Below are positions 25,100-44,927 of a stretch of DNA of 64,000 bases, in pieces. Both the position numbers and the translations under genes were made by a program. Source of the DNA: the human T2T-CHM13v2.0 reference genome, Homo sapiens. Position 1 is the first letter of the stretch. Every line of letters starts with the position of its first letter. The stretch lies in NCBI RefSeq assembly GCF_009914755.1, contig NC_060940.1; one strand, written 5' to 3'. The notes beneath the pieces are model-generated. The model was not told the origin of the DNA, searched no databases, and saw nothing but the letters and a program-made list of their open reading frames with translations.

Positions 25100-26089
25100 C
25101 TAGCATAGGTTAATTTGATCTGGAGAGATAATGAGTGATTGTTGTTTTCTTGTTTTCTTCTTCCTTGTCCTTTACTTTCCCTCCCCTTCCCAAATTCCTG
25201 TATTAATTTAATTACAATGTTTCAGAATTCTTCCTTTTCTGTAGTATCACTTTAGGGACCTGACTTTCTTGGGCCAGCCCTCACACCTGTCTGTCGGCAA
25301 GCGGCCCCTACCCGAGTGTGCACAGCACCTGGCCCTGTGTGATCCGGGGGGCCTCTTGGCTTGTGCCCACCCATGCCTGCAAGCGCTGTGTTCTCGCCAA
25401 GGCCTCAGATCTCAGGCTTTGATCCTCCAAATGCTTGAAGAACATCAACTCATTAGTTTCATCCCCATGACTACACAGTGGGGTCGTGGGGGCTTCCCCT
25501 TCCTCCAGCTCCTCAGGCAAGTGGATCTGGTGCCCTCTAGCAGGCAGCTGAGGACAAGTTGAGAAGGGGATGTTTGTAGAAAAGGTGTTGGGAGGTGGGA
25601 GTGGGGGCAGCAACAGAGGCACTTGCCAGAGGCCATTTCCTTCCCTGGCAGGTGTGGAATGGAGGACTTTATCAGGGTCTTTAAATTTTTAAAGACTTTT
25701 GCTGGTGATGTTTTGTCTTCCTGTCACTGTTTTATCGAAGAGGGCAGGCAAATGGGCTTTGGTGTCCTTAACTATTGTGTATGAGGGTGTGAAAGCCAGG
25801 ACTGCTACAGGGACCTGCAAAACGAAGATTCCTGGGTGGGAGCAGAGGTGGGGTAGTGGGTATTGGGAAGCAGGAGAACTGTTAGTGCCTCACGCTGAAT
25901 TGCTGCTGGATTCTGGTTGTTCTTTCTGGTTTTGATCCATAGGTTCTGGATCACACCCTGGAAAACTAGAACTCAGATAAGACTGGTGTTTTGTTTCTTT
26001 AAACTTTTTTTCCTTTTTGTTTACTTGGTCTTTTGTGTAGGAGAAATCCACTACCACCTCAACTTCTACTATAAGGTTGGCAGCCCTGA

Positions 26090-26324
<235 letters not shown>

Positions 26325-27482
26325 TGATCCACCTGCCTTGCCCTCCCAAAGTGCTGGGATTACAGGCGTGAGCCACCACACCTGGCCTTTTTTTTTTTTT
26401 TTTTTTGAGACAGGGTCTTGCTGGGTTGCCCAGGCTGCAGTGCAGTGGCACAATCACAGCCCACTGCAGCCTCAACCTGCCGGGCTCAAGCAATCCTCAG
26501 CCTCCTGAGTACCTGGGACTATAAGTGTGTGCCACCATGACTGGCTAATTTTTATTTATTAATTTATTTTTATTTTTTCATAGAGACAGGGGGCTCATTA
26601 TGTTGCCCAAACTGGTGTTGAACTCCTGGCCTCAAGCCATCCTCCTGCCTCGGCCTCCCAAAGTGCTGGGATTCCAGGCATGAGGCACGCTGCCTGGCCT
26701 AGAACTCCTTTTTTAATGGAGCATGTTATGAATGTATTCCTGCTTCCACAGGAATGAGGAGTAGACAGTTCCACACTAGTCCACAAAAGACTAGTTTTTA
26801 ACTCACAGTTAGCACACTTTTTTTAGTAGAAAACGAATAGGAAAAAAAGATACAGATATGCCGCAGAGAGAGAGAAGACAAAATTACTCATAATTTCATC
26901 ACCTGGAAATGTGGTTTTGGTGTCTTTTCTCCATTCATTCATTCAATAAGTATTTATTGAGCACCTATTATTTGCTATTTTGAATCCTGGGGATCTAACG
27001 GTGAGCTTAAACACTCTCTGTCCTCATATGGTTCACAGGCTAGCGAGGAGATATAATTTAACCAAAGATTAAAATTAAATGTGGATAATTAGCCAAGTTG
27101 TCTACACATAAATGGACAATTTAAACAATGACAAGAGCTAGTATATTCAGTCCTACAAGAACATAAAATATTGGGCTCTGGTTGGGCACAATGGTTCGAA
27201 TATCTGGAATCCCAGCACTTTGGGAGGCCAAGGCAGGAGGATCACTTGAGCCCAGGAGTTCGAGACCAGCCTGGGCAACATGGCAAAACCCCATTTCTAC
27301 AAAAAGTACAAAAATTAACAGGGCATGGTGGTGTGCACCTGTGGTTTCAGCTACTTGGGAGGCTGAGGTAGGAGGACTGATTGAGCCCAGGGGGGCTGGA
27401 GGGTTGGTGGGAGTAGAGGTTGCAGTGAGCCTAGATGGTGCCACTTCCTTCCAGTCTGGGTGACAGAGCAAGATTCTGTCTC

Positions 27483-27513
<31 letters not shown>

Positions 27514-27934
27514 TCTGACCTAGTTAGAGAAGTCAGGGAAGGCTTCCCTAAGGAAACAGCACTCAGCTAAGATTGAAGGATAAGTGTAAATTAAGTGGAA
27601 AAGAAGAAAAAAAGAAGAGTGCTCCAGGCAGAGGAAAGAGCAGGAGCAAAAGACCTGTAGCAGAAAAGATTACGGCACATTCAAGGGATGGACAGAGGAC
27701 CTACGGCTAGAGCACAGGGCAATGTGGGTGGGAGAGTAGTCAGGGGCCAGACCAGACAGCCCCTGAAGACTTTGTTAAGAGCTTTTATTTCAGAGAATGG
27801 GAAACCATTAAAGGGTTTTTATTCAGAGAAGGTGACATTAACAGGCTTTCTTTTGGAAAATACTACTTATTACATACTTTGTGCATTTATGTACTACTTT
27901 TTTCACAAGAGGCAATTATTCTTTACTTATCATT

Positions 27935-29010
<1,076 letters not shown>

Positions 29011-29319
29011 CAACACAAAAATCCAATTCTTATGGAGCTGACATTTTGCGGAAGTGCGTTCAGATTCTGGGCGTTTTGGATTTTGATTCTAGTTTCTCAA
29101 ATTGTCACATGACTTTGGGCCTCAGTTCAAAAATGTAGATTCTTGGCCGGGCATGGTGGCTCACGCCTGTAATCCCAGCACTTTGGGAGGCCAAGGCGGG
29201 CAGATCACGAGGTCAAGAGATCGAGACCATCCTGGCTAACACGGTGAAACCCCGTCTCTACTAAAAATACAAAAAATTAACCAGGTGTGGTGGCAGGTGC
29301 CTGTAATCCCAGCTACTCA

Positions 29320-29688
<369 letters not shown>

Positions 29689-30696
29689 CTAAATTTTCCA
29701 AAATATTTCTCATAAGAAAGTGGGTTCAGATGGCTTGAAGGAGAAGCAAGTCCAAACATCAGAAGCAGACATTTGACCTTGAACGAGAAAGTGGTGGGGG
29801 AAGCAGAAAGTGCTGTCCTTGTCCCTGTTTTTTGTCTGCCACTGAGTTTGCTGTGCACCCAGGGCAGGTCACATTACTGATCTAAATCTTGGTGTGCTCA
29901 TCACCAAAACGAAGTTACGCTTTCTCAGATAGTACCAGTTCGTGGAAAGGTGCTGGGTTAACTGCATCAAAATCACCTGGAGAGCTTATTACATCTCCAG
30001 ATTGCTGGGCCCAATAGATTGGAAGAGTCTGATTCAGGGGGGATAGGATGGCATCCATCACTTCCTCTATTTTTATTTTATTTTATTTTTATTTTTATTT
30101 TTTTCTGAGACAGTCTTGCTCTGTCGCCCAGGCTGGAGTGCAGTGACACTGTCTTGGCTCATGGCAACCTCCGTCTCCTGGGTTTGGGCGATTCTCCTGC
30201 CTCAACCTCCCGAGTATCTAGGACTACAGGCCCATGCCACCATACCTGGCTAATTTTTGGGTTTCTCCATGTTGGCCAGGCTGGTCTCGAACTCCTGACT
30301 TCAAGTAGTCCGCCAGCCTCGGCCTCCTGAAGAGCTGGTATTACAGGTGTGAGCCACTGCACCTGGCCTTCCTGGGCAACTTTTGATATGGATCCAGATA
30401 TGGGATCTTGCTGGGCTAGATCAAACTCTCTGTGCCTCAGCTTTCTCATCTGTAATGTGTAATCATTCCCCTGATGGTAGAATTAAATAAGCTAACTTCC
30501 ATCATGCACTTAGAACAGTGTCTGGCATGTAGTAAGTACTGTGTAAGTTTTAACTATTCTATCAGTCAGGGTCCAATCAGGAAGACAAAAACCACTGTGA
30601 GTATTTAAACCAGAGGAGCCTGGGTAACCTAGGGAGACCCCATCTCTACAACAAATAAAAATTAGCCAGGCATGGTGGTGTGCTCTTGTAGTCCTA

Positions 30697-30897
<201 letters not shown>

Positions 30898-30929
30898 CTA
30901 CCCCTTAGCAAAAGGAAGAAAGGGAAAGG

Positions 30930-31567
<638 letters not shown>

Positions 31568-34420
31568 CTAGAGTCTGGGGTCACCTGGGAGACCCACAGC
31601 CAAGCTGGATCTGCAGACAAGACACAGCCACTTCTTAGGCACTGTTGAGCAAGCTCTCTGGCTCTTTTGTTTGTCCTGCCTCCTGCCCTCCCAGTAGTGC
31701 CTCCATCAGCTGAATCCAGAAGGATGTCATCTTTCAAGGGAGCCTGGGAAGCAGTCTGCAGGGGTCACCCCTGCCTTTTAGGGGAAGGATGAAGAATGGC
31801 TCTGAGAGCAGATTCGTATATTTTGTTGTTATTATTATTATTATCATTATTATTTTCTTTAAGGTCCTTTTTGGTCCTAAAGTTCTCAGAGTTTCTAGAC
31901 CTTAACCAACCACTGCAGCGGGACCCGGGGCGTCATGAGTGCTTATTGACTAATCGACTCCTTGCCCTCAGTGTACACACGTACACAAACGCTTGGCTTC
32001 TGTTCTCTGGAAACTGACAGCTCAGGCCTTGGCAAAAATTCCCCAGTGCTGAAGGCAGCACAGCCCCACCCAAGATTCAGGGAAAGGGAAGGTATGCAGC
32101 CCAGGTTTCTCGACCTGGGCAGCCTGCCTCAGCATCTTTAAGGATTCAGAAGTGATAAATAGGAAGAGCTGGCCGGTGATGTCACAAGGCAAATAGACGG
32201 GTCCTGAGGAGGTCAGGAACAGATGCAAAAAGGTAAGATTGTGGAATCCCTCTCGCAGAGCCCTGGGGTGTGAGGTGCCAGGAATTAGAGCCTCACCCGG
32301 TTTTAAGGCCACTTCCTGGAAGACTGGAAAACACCGTCTTGTCTTTGGGACACATCCCTTTAAGTATGCTCCGTGGGAGTGAAGCTCTGGGAAGTTTACT
32401 ACCAAAAATGGGCAGAAAAGCTCTTTCTGAATGTTTCTTGGAAGACCCAGAATTTAACCTTGACCAAAGGCAAATGTGTTTATTTTGAAACGTTCTTAGA
32501 GAAAGGATTGAATATTGTGGAATTCTTCCAAATACACAAAAGACCTGTTCCCCCAAATCATTCTTCCAGCAAATATTTATGGGTAGCAGCTTGGCTACTA
32601 AGTCAGGCAATGAGTTTGGGAGTGAGAACTAGATTAGCCTGTTGCTTTGCCTCTGCCCTGGCTATGTGGCCTTGGGCAAGGGACTTAAGTTCAGTTACTT
32701 TATCTGTAAAATAGGAATAATAAGAATTACCTTGTAAATTTATGAGGATTAAAATGAGCTTATGTATGAGAGTATTTAGCACAGAGTCTGGTATCCAGTG
32801 AGTAATCAGGAAATGGTAATAGTTCATTTTATTATGACTCGCATGGCTTGTATGACACTTTGCAAAACACTTTCCCTTATATTAGCTGATTGGATCTCCT
32901 CTCAGCTCTGTGAGGTGGGTCAGGGAACCAACATTGATCTTGACTCTACTGTGGATCTAGCACCCTGCCACATGCTTAACAGTGATCAACTTGTTGGTTT
33001 CAGTTATTCAATACATATTTGAGTATCTATTTTATGCCAGGCTATTCTATGCACTGGAGATACAGCAATAAACAAAGGAGACAAAAGCCCCTGCTTCTTG
33101 CAGAGGATACACTCAATGCAGGGAGACAGACAATGAGTACAATTTAACAAACTCTTATGTAAACTGTCTCCTAAAGTGCTTTACAAATATTAACTCACGA
33201 CCTATGAGGAAGTTGTTATTATGCTTATCCCATTTTACAGATTAGAACACTGAGTTCCAAGGGGATTGAAAGTCACAAGGTCTCACAGCTAAGGAGAGCT
33301 GGATTCAGGATTCAAAGCCAGGCAGTGTGACTCCAGAGTCCATGCTCTTAATCTTTTTTTTTTTTTTTCTTTTTTTGAGGCAGAGTCTCCCTCTGTCGCC
33401 CAGGCTGGAGTGCAGTGGTGCAATCTCGGCTCACTGCAATCTCCGGGTTCAAGTGGTTCTCCCACCTCAGCCACCCGAGTAAATGGGACTACAGGCATAC
33501 ACTACCATGCCTGGCTAATTTTTTGTATTTTTAGTAGAGACAGGGTTTCACTATGTTTCCCAGGCTGGTCTCAAACTCCTGAGCTCAAGCGATCTGCCCG
33601 CCTCAGCCTTCCCAAAGTGCTGGGATTACAGGCATGAGCCACTGTGCCCAGTCCATGCTCTTAATCTCTACTATAGGTCATCTCTCAAAAAAAAAATCAT
33701 ATATATACTAATAAATTAAAGTATGATAAGTGCTATGAAAACATATAGGCTGGATGTGGGGCTCACACCTGTAATCCCACTGCTTAGGGAGGCCGAGGCA
33801 AGAGGATCACTTGATCCCAGGAGTTGGAGACCAGCCTGGGCAACAGTGAGACCCCAGCTCTACAAAGATAACTTTTACAAAGCTTAAAAAAAAAAAAAGC
33901 AGAGTAAAGGGAAAAGAGAGTGATGGGAGAGTGCTCTCTCTGCAGGGGGCTTGGGGAGGCCTCTCTGATGAGCCACATCTGAGCAGAGACCTGAAGGAGG
34001 TGAGGGAGAGGGGCAGGTGGATGTCTGGGAAGAGTGATCCAAGCAGAGGGAACGGCAAGTGCAAAGGCCTGTGGCGGGCCCACCCCTGATGTTGGGAAAG
34101 CTCAGGGATCTAGTGGGAGCCGAAGTGGAAGATGGCTTGGCCTGAGCCTCTGGAAGGAAAGAGTGCAGGAGGCGCAGGTGTGTCGGGGAAGGCCAGGAGT
34201 TCAGTTTGGGATAATCTCACCATCACCCATCAAGTGGAAAGCTCCGAAGGGCCTAGAGGGGTCAAGGAACTCACACCAGGTCACTCAGGCAGTCATTTTC
34301 AGAGGCACGATTCACAACTCAGGTCTGTGGACCCTAACTTCAGGCCATGGGCATGTCTTAGTTTGGGTGCTGTGGGGAAGTCTGGAGAGGTAAGAGTCCG
34401 ATAGCCCTGACCTCTGACCC

Positions 34421-34660
34421 TGTGTTGGTCCATTTGCATTGCTGTAAAGGAATACCAGAGACTGGGTAATTTATAAAGAAAAGAGGTTTATTTTGGCTCA
34501 TGGTTCTGCAAGCTGTACAGAAAGCATGGTGCTGGCATTCGCTTCTGCTGAGGGCCTCCAGAAGCTTCCAATCATGGTGGAAGGCAAAGTGGGGACGTGT
34601 CACAGGGAGAGAGAGGGAGTAACAGAGAGGTGGGGGAGGCACCAGGCTCTTTAAACAGCA
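34421..34660 (-). mobile_element. MaLR LTR fragment (MSTA/MSTB-like)
   Basis: ttgctgtaaaggaataccagagactgggtaatttataaagaaaagaggtttattttggctcatggttctgca. Confidence 0.8.
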
Positions 34661-35254
34661 CACAGCGCCAAGGGAGGGGAGTTCAAAAACTGGAAAAGTG
34701 ATCCCAGGGAGTCCAAGCAGGGTCCTGACAGTGTCCACTACACTTCCCTTCCCTAGTTCAGAAATGGCGTTGTCTGGCTGGGTGTGGTGGCTCATACCTG
34801 TAATCCCAGCACTTTGGGAGGTGGAGGAGGGAGGATCACTTGAGCGATCCTCCTGGCTGGAATTCAAGACTAGCCTGGGCAACATAGCAAGACCTCATCT
34901 CTACTAAAAATAAAAATAAAAAACTAGCTGGGCATAGTGGTATGCACCTATAGTCCCAGCTATTTGGGAGGCTGAAACGAGGATTTCTTGAGCCTGGGAG
35001 ATCAAGGCTGCAGTGATCTGTGATTGTGCCACTGCACTCCAGCCTGGGCAACAGAATAAGACTCTGTCTCAAAAAAGGAAATGGTATTGTCATCCTGCTG
35101 ATTGCTCGGGCCAGGCCAAAAACCCTGGAGTCATTCTTGACCTGCTCTGCCTCTCATACTCCACATCCAATCTTTTGGCCAATTTTGTTGACAATACTTC
35201 AAAATATACCCAGAATCTGATCATGGGTTTTTTAATTTTTTTAGTAAATTAAAA

Positions 35255-36018
<764 letters not shown>

Positions 36019-37067
36019 AAAAATCTTCTGCCAGGCATGGTGGTTCATGTCTGTAATCCCAACACTTTGGGAGACTGAGGCAGGAAGATCGCTTGAGCCC
36101 AGGAGTTAGAGACCAGCCTGGGCCATAGGGAGATGCTGTCTCTACAAAAAAAAAAAAAAAAAAAAATTAGAAAATTAAAAAATTAGGCCGGGTGCAGTGG
36201 CTTATGCCTGTAATCCCAGCACTTTGGGAGGTCGAGGTGGGCAGATCACCTGAGGTCAGGAGTTCAAGACCAGCCTGGCCAACAAGGCAAAACCCCATCT
36301 CCATTAAAAATACAAAAATTAGCTGGGCGTGGTGGCACCCGCCTGTGGCCCCACCTACTCAGGAGGCTGAGGCGGGAGAATCGCTTGAACCTAGGAGGCG
36401 GAGGTTGCAGTGATCCCAGATCGCACCACTGCACCCTAACCTGGGCGACACAGCGAGACTCCATCTCAAAAAAAAAAAAAAAAAATTAGCCAGGCGTGAT
36501 GGCACACACCTTTATTTCCAACTACTTGGGAGGGTGAGGTGGGAGGATCGCACTTGAGCCTGACAGGTTGAGGCTGCAGTGAGCTGTGATCATGCCACTG
36601 CACTGCACCCCTGCTGGGGTGACAGCAAGACCCTGTCTCAAAAAAAAAAAAAAAAAAGTCTGACTGTTTCAGACCCACTCCATAATGACCAATCTGAACC
36701 AAGCCATTTCATCTTTTGCCTGGATAACTGCAATGGAGCCCCCACCAGCCTCCCTGCTTCCCTTGTCCCTTATAATTTTCTCAACATCACTCCTCTGCTC
36801 AAAACCAACAGTGGCTGCCTCCCCTGGTTCCCCAAGTAGGGGCCAAAGTTCTTACAATGGCCTACATGCTCTACAAGGTGTGATCCTGGCCCTCCCATAC
36901 TCTGACTCACTTCCTACTTGCTCTCTCTACTCCAGCCACACTGGCTTTCTTGCTGTTCCAAGTAATCTACTGTCTCGGGGCCTCTGCCCTGTTTTCTCTG
37001 CCTGGAATGCTCTTTCCAAAGCGTGGTTCCTTCACTTCCTTCAAGTCTTTGTTCTAATGCCACTTTA

Positions 37068-37902
<835 letters not shown>

Positions 37903-38108
37903 TTATTTCCAATTTCCAAATCCAATCCCAATCCACCCCCTCCCCCCTTTTTTGAGCTAGGGTCTCACTTTGTGCTGCTGGGAATGTAAAATGATGCAGT
38001 CGCAGCCAGGCGCGGTGGCTCACGCCTGTAATCCCAGCACTTTGGGAGGCTGAGGCAGGCGGATCACTTGAGGTCAGGAGTTCTAGACCAGCCTGGCCAA
38101 CATGGTGA

Positions 38109-39330
<1,222 letters not shown>

Positions 39331-39848
39331 TCAGCCATGAAATTGGAGGATTACAACGCTTCTCATTCTCTTAATTCAGGGGATGTGGGGATGCTAGAAA
39401 GAGAGACGGCTCGCCAGACATCTGAGAGCAATAATACCAGGCAGCATTTGGGCACTTGCTGTGTGCCAGATATGATGTTTAGCGTTTTAAACCTTCTAAT
39501 TTATTTAATACTCATCTATGAGAGGGTAAAATACTAAGATCATAACAGCCCCATTTGACAGATGCAGAACTGAGGCCCAGGGGGTTTATTTTACTTCCCC
39601 GAGGCTTCAGCGCTACTAAGGGGTGGGACCTGGATTTGAACCCAGGTGGGGCCGGCCTTAAGGGCCCATGCTAGGCCTGAGAGAGCAAGACCCCCACCCT
39701 CGCAACGCAAGCAATCCATGGCTTAGCCACAGGCCTGGCGGGGAGGAGGACGGATAGATTACCAGGTTAGCCCTGGAAGGTCAAAGAATCTGTCATTTAA
39801 AACTCCAGGCTGGGCCCCGTTTCTCACGCCTGTAATCCCAGCACTTTA

Positions 39849-40136
<288 letters not shown>

Positions 40137-41494
40137 CTAAATCTGAGCTGGGGACGGGGAGGGAGAAGGACCAGGAGGTGGCATCCAGGGCTTCTCAAGG
40201 CAGCAGCAGAAGGTGAAGGAGGAGTGAGGGGACAGGTGAGAGAGACTGACCGGGAAAGCTCAGCTCCGTGGGGAAGGGCTTGTGGGGTAGTGATTGAGAC
40301 TCAGGACCGTTTTCATGGCCAGAGCCCACTTGTGTGCAGCAAGAGGAAAGCACTTCGTGTCTAACGTAGTGGAATGAGAGTAACGTAGAAGAACAACGAA
40401 TCCCAGGTCTGGCGTTTATCTCCTAGGAAGGGTGTGGGAGAGCTGTTTTCCAAGGGAGACTCTCTGGAGGCTGCTTTGCGCAGCAAGCAGTTTTTACCCA
40501 GATTATATACAGTATTTCAGACCAATTTCAAAACCTCTGCGTTTTAAAAATTGTCTTTATTTACATTTTACAGAAAGTTGAGAAAGTGTTATTTATATGG
40601 GGGGTAGGGGTGCTGGAGATTATGAGACTAATAACAACCCTCTTAGCTCGCACCCTTTGGCACCACTACAGCTTCCAAACTCTGGGACTTTCTCGACTAG
40701 CTTCCCTTTGTTTAGCTGTGAAATGGAAGAAGCGGTCCGGGTGTGGCGGCTCATGCCTGTAACCTGAGCACTCTGGGAGGCGGAGGATCGCTTGAGTCCA
40801 GAAGTTCAAGACCAGCTTGGGCAACATAGGGTGACCCTCCACCCTCCCCCCGCCCCACCACATCGCTACAAAAAATTTTTAAAAATTAGCCGGGTGTGGT
40901 GGCGCAAGCCTGTAGTCTCAGCGGGAGCTGAGGGAGGAGAATCGCTTCAGCCCGGGAGGTCGAGGCTGTAGTGAGCCGAGATCGCGCTACTGCACTCCTG
41001 GGCGACAGAGCGAGACCCTGTCTCCAAAAAAAAAAAAAAAAAGAAAAAAGAGGAAGTTGTATCCAATTCAGAAACGCGGTCCTTCGGGACCTGCTAGTTT
41101 TATACCCCGGAGGATCCTCCCCGGCGGGCTGGCACGGGAGGTGGAGAAAGAGGCTTGGGCGGCCCCGCTGTAGCCGCGTGTGGGAGGACGCACGGGCCTG
41201 CTTCAAAGCTTTGGGATAACAGCGCCTCCGGGGGATAATGAATGCGGAGCCTCCGTTTTCAGTCGACTTCAGATGTGTCTCCACTTTTTTCCGCTGTAGC
41301 CGCAAGGCAAGGAAACATTTCTCTTCCCGTACTGAGGAGGCTGAGGAGTGCACTGGGTGTTCTTTTCTCCTCTAACCCAGAACTGCGAGACAGAGGCTGA
41401 GTCCCTGTAAAGAACAGCTCCAGAAAAGCCAGGAGAGCGCAGGAGGGCATCCGGGAGGCCAGGAGGGGTTCGCTGGGGCCTCAACCGCACCCAC

Positions 41495-42082
<588 letters not shown>

Positions 42083-44714
42083 TGACCATTTTGGTGTGGA
42101 CCGCGCGAGGGGTGTTCGGGCCGGGGCAAGGGACTCCTGGCGCCACCTCAGTTCCCGAGGAGGCGCAGAACGCGCCTCGGGGGCTGGGATTGGGGGTGGT
42201 GGCTGACGGAGAAGGCTGGGCAGCAGAGCGCCTATGACATCCAGCCCCTTGTCCGGTAGCCACTGCTTACCTTGACCCCCTCCTCCGAGATGCCGGATGG
42301 CTGAGCCCCTCACCCAGTCTCGACGTGGGAAGTTCTCCCCCGCTGGCCCCAGCAGAGGAATGCGCCGGCCACATTCTTCCCCCAACCCGCGCGCAGGTGT
42401 GGGGATGAGCCGTGCCCCGGGCAGCCCCCTTCGCCCCTCTCGGGCCCCCTTTGTGAACCGTGCTTTGTGTCTCCGACAGACAGACCGGGTCTGTTTCTTT
42501 TCTCCGAGCTTCCCTACCCCGCCCCCCTTCTTCCTCGGCAGCTGGAATGCACTCTTAACCCTGCTCTTCCCGGAGGGCCTGCGCCCTTGTAGCCTGCCTG
42601 GAAACTGGGCCCTGGCACACCTGGGCTGGGGCCATCACGTACGGGAACCACCCCGCCCCCAGCGTCTCGGGCCTGGGATGCTAGGTCACTGGGGGGAGTT
42701 TGAGGGGGACAGTGTCCCAAGCTGGCAGGCCTGGGGCTATGGGGGCGATGGACGGGAGATCAAAGCACATTTTTGATCCCTCAGTTACTCCTACCCCCCC
42801 CCTCCCCGCCCCAAGTTCAAAAACCTGAGGGGGGTGGGCGGTGCAACGTTAGTGAGGAGAACCAGTGTGTTATGAGACCCAGGCGGTTGGTTGCTGGCTA
42901 GTGGAGGGCTTTCTCCCTCTAGGTTAAGAGGACAATGGATGGGGGCTCCAGCAAGGGTTGAAACCTTAGTTCTTAAACGGGTATAACCCTGGATCCTTGG
43001 GTCGGGTTTCAGAGGATCCTTACACTGAAATTTTTGGGAAGTTGAGTATTCATTTTTAGGGGGAAGGAACCGTGGCTTACCTGGCCTTCAAAACACTGAG
43101 AACCCTTGCTACCTAGCATTCTTCTAAAGTCTCCATCAACTTATCCCTCACCCCAGGCACAAACTCCCACTGCTTGAATGTGGGGCTGTCAATGCCTAGG
43201 GGACAGAGTGGCTCTCTTTTATTTCTCCAAAAGAGGATTGAGGACCTTGAGTCTGTGGAGGCCCTTTTTAAAAAAATTCTTTCTGCAAATAACTCTGCAG
43301 ATTGACAAAACAATTAACACCCAGGCTAGGCTAGGCTCCTTAAACCCTTGGCTGTAGGGAGCTGAGGAGAGGCATTAAGAAGCCATGCCTCATAAACTTT
43401 AAATTCTTGCGCAGGGGTTTATTACTGGCTGGCTAACAAACTGCAACTCAGCCAACCTGTAAAAATGTGAATTCGGGCAGGGCCCCAAATCCAATTCCGG
43501 CTCCCTGAGGAAGCCTTATTGCTAACCAGACTTCTGCCAAATCTACGCCCCCTCCCCCCGCCCCATTGTCAAGTTCTCTGACTACAGTCTCCCAGAATAG
43601 GCTATAGCCTTGAGTGTTGTCTGTACCTTATCTTTCCTACTGAAGCAAGAAATATCAGATTAGCTGTCACTTCACTAGGCTTGAGGTTTTGGGGGGAAGC
43701 AGTGATCAGGTTTTCGATTTCATCGTTGGGTTGGCGAGTGTTTCCCAATGACGTCAGGCATTTTAAACCTTTAGAGGAAATTCAGCTTTCTCGGATGTCT
43801 GCTTTACGGTTGTGAAAAACGGTGGGTTTGCGCCAGGAGCACACCTGGGTTATACAACAAAGGACGGGTTAATGCGCTCGGCGCACCTTGAAACTCCCTG
43901 CCACACGGCTGGGTCTTAGAGTAGGCTTCTGGTGGCATGGGCTGCTGCTTGCTTTTTTAAGTAAAAGTGCATTTCTTGGTCCAGTTGGTCCCAATAAATT
44001 GGGACTTCCCAACAAAACATATTGCTATTTCTCCCTTTGGTCTTCAGCTGGCACTTTGACCACCCCACCTGCACCCTAGTTCCTCATCCTCAAAACATAG
44101 ATCCCCAGCCTGGATCCAGCCACGTTGAAAGGGTTATCCTGCAGGAACGTATAGACTCTCAAGTTTAGCCAAGCAGACAAGTTGCCATATTGCTAAGGAA
44201 CAATCACCCCTGTTGTTCGCCCCTGGGTTATGAATATCAAGGGTGTCTATGAAGTTCAGCTCAAAGAACTTATCTGATGTAATTAATGCCTTGTTTGTAT
44301 GTGCATCTTCCCCTTCAAAGCCCTTTTGCAACTCTGAGCTTGCTTTATCCTCCTAACATTCCCTTGAAGCAGGTGAGGTAAATGTTAAACAAGCTGAGCT
44401 CTTAATCTCAGAATTTTGAACTTCAGAAACCCCATAGTCTAGCCTTGCCTGAGGTTTTGAAGGTGGAGAAACAGAGGCACAGCTTAACGGATTGGATTCA
44501 CTAAGCCAAACAGCTCATGAACTTCTTTGAGGGTGACAGACACAACTTTTACCTCCTGGTATATGCCCAGGGCCTGGTACCTTACAGGATGCCCAGTCCT
44601 GTATGAATTATGAATGAATTTGACAACCTTGTGAAGGGCGGCCCATTTTATAGATGAAACCTACATGACTGTGGCTTCACCAAGTCATCACTGCAGTGAT
44701 CAGCTGGGATTTGA

Positions 44715-44927
<213 letters not shown>

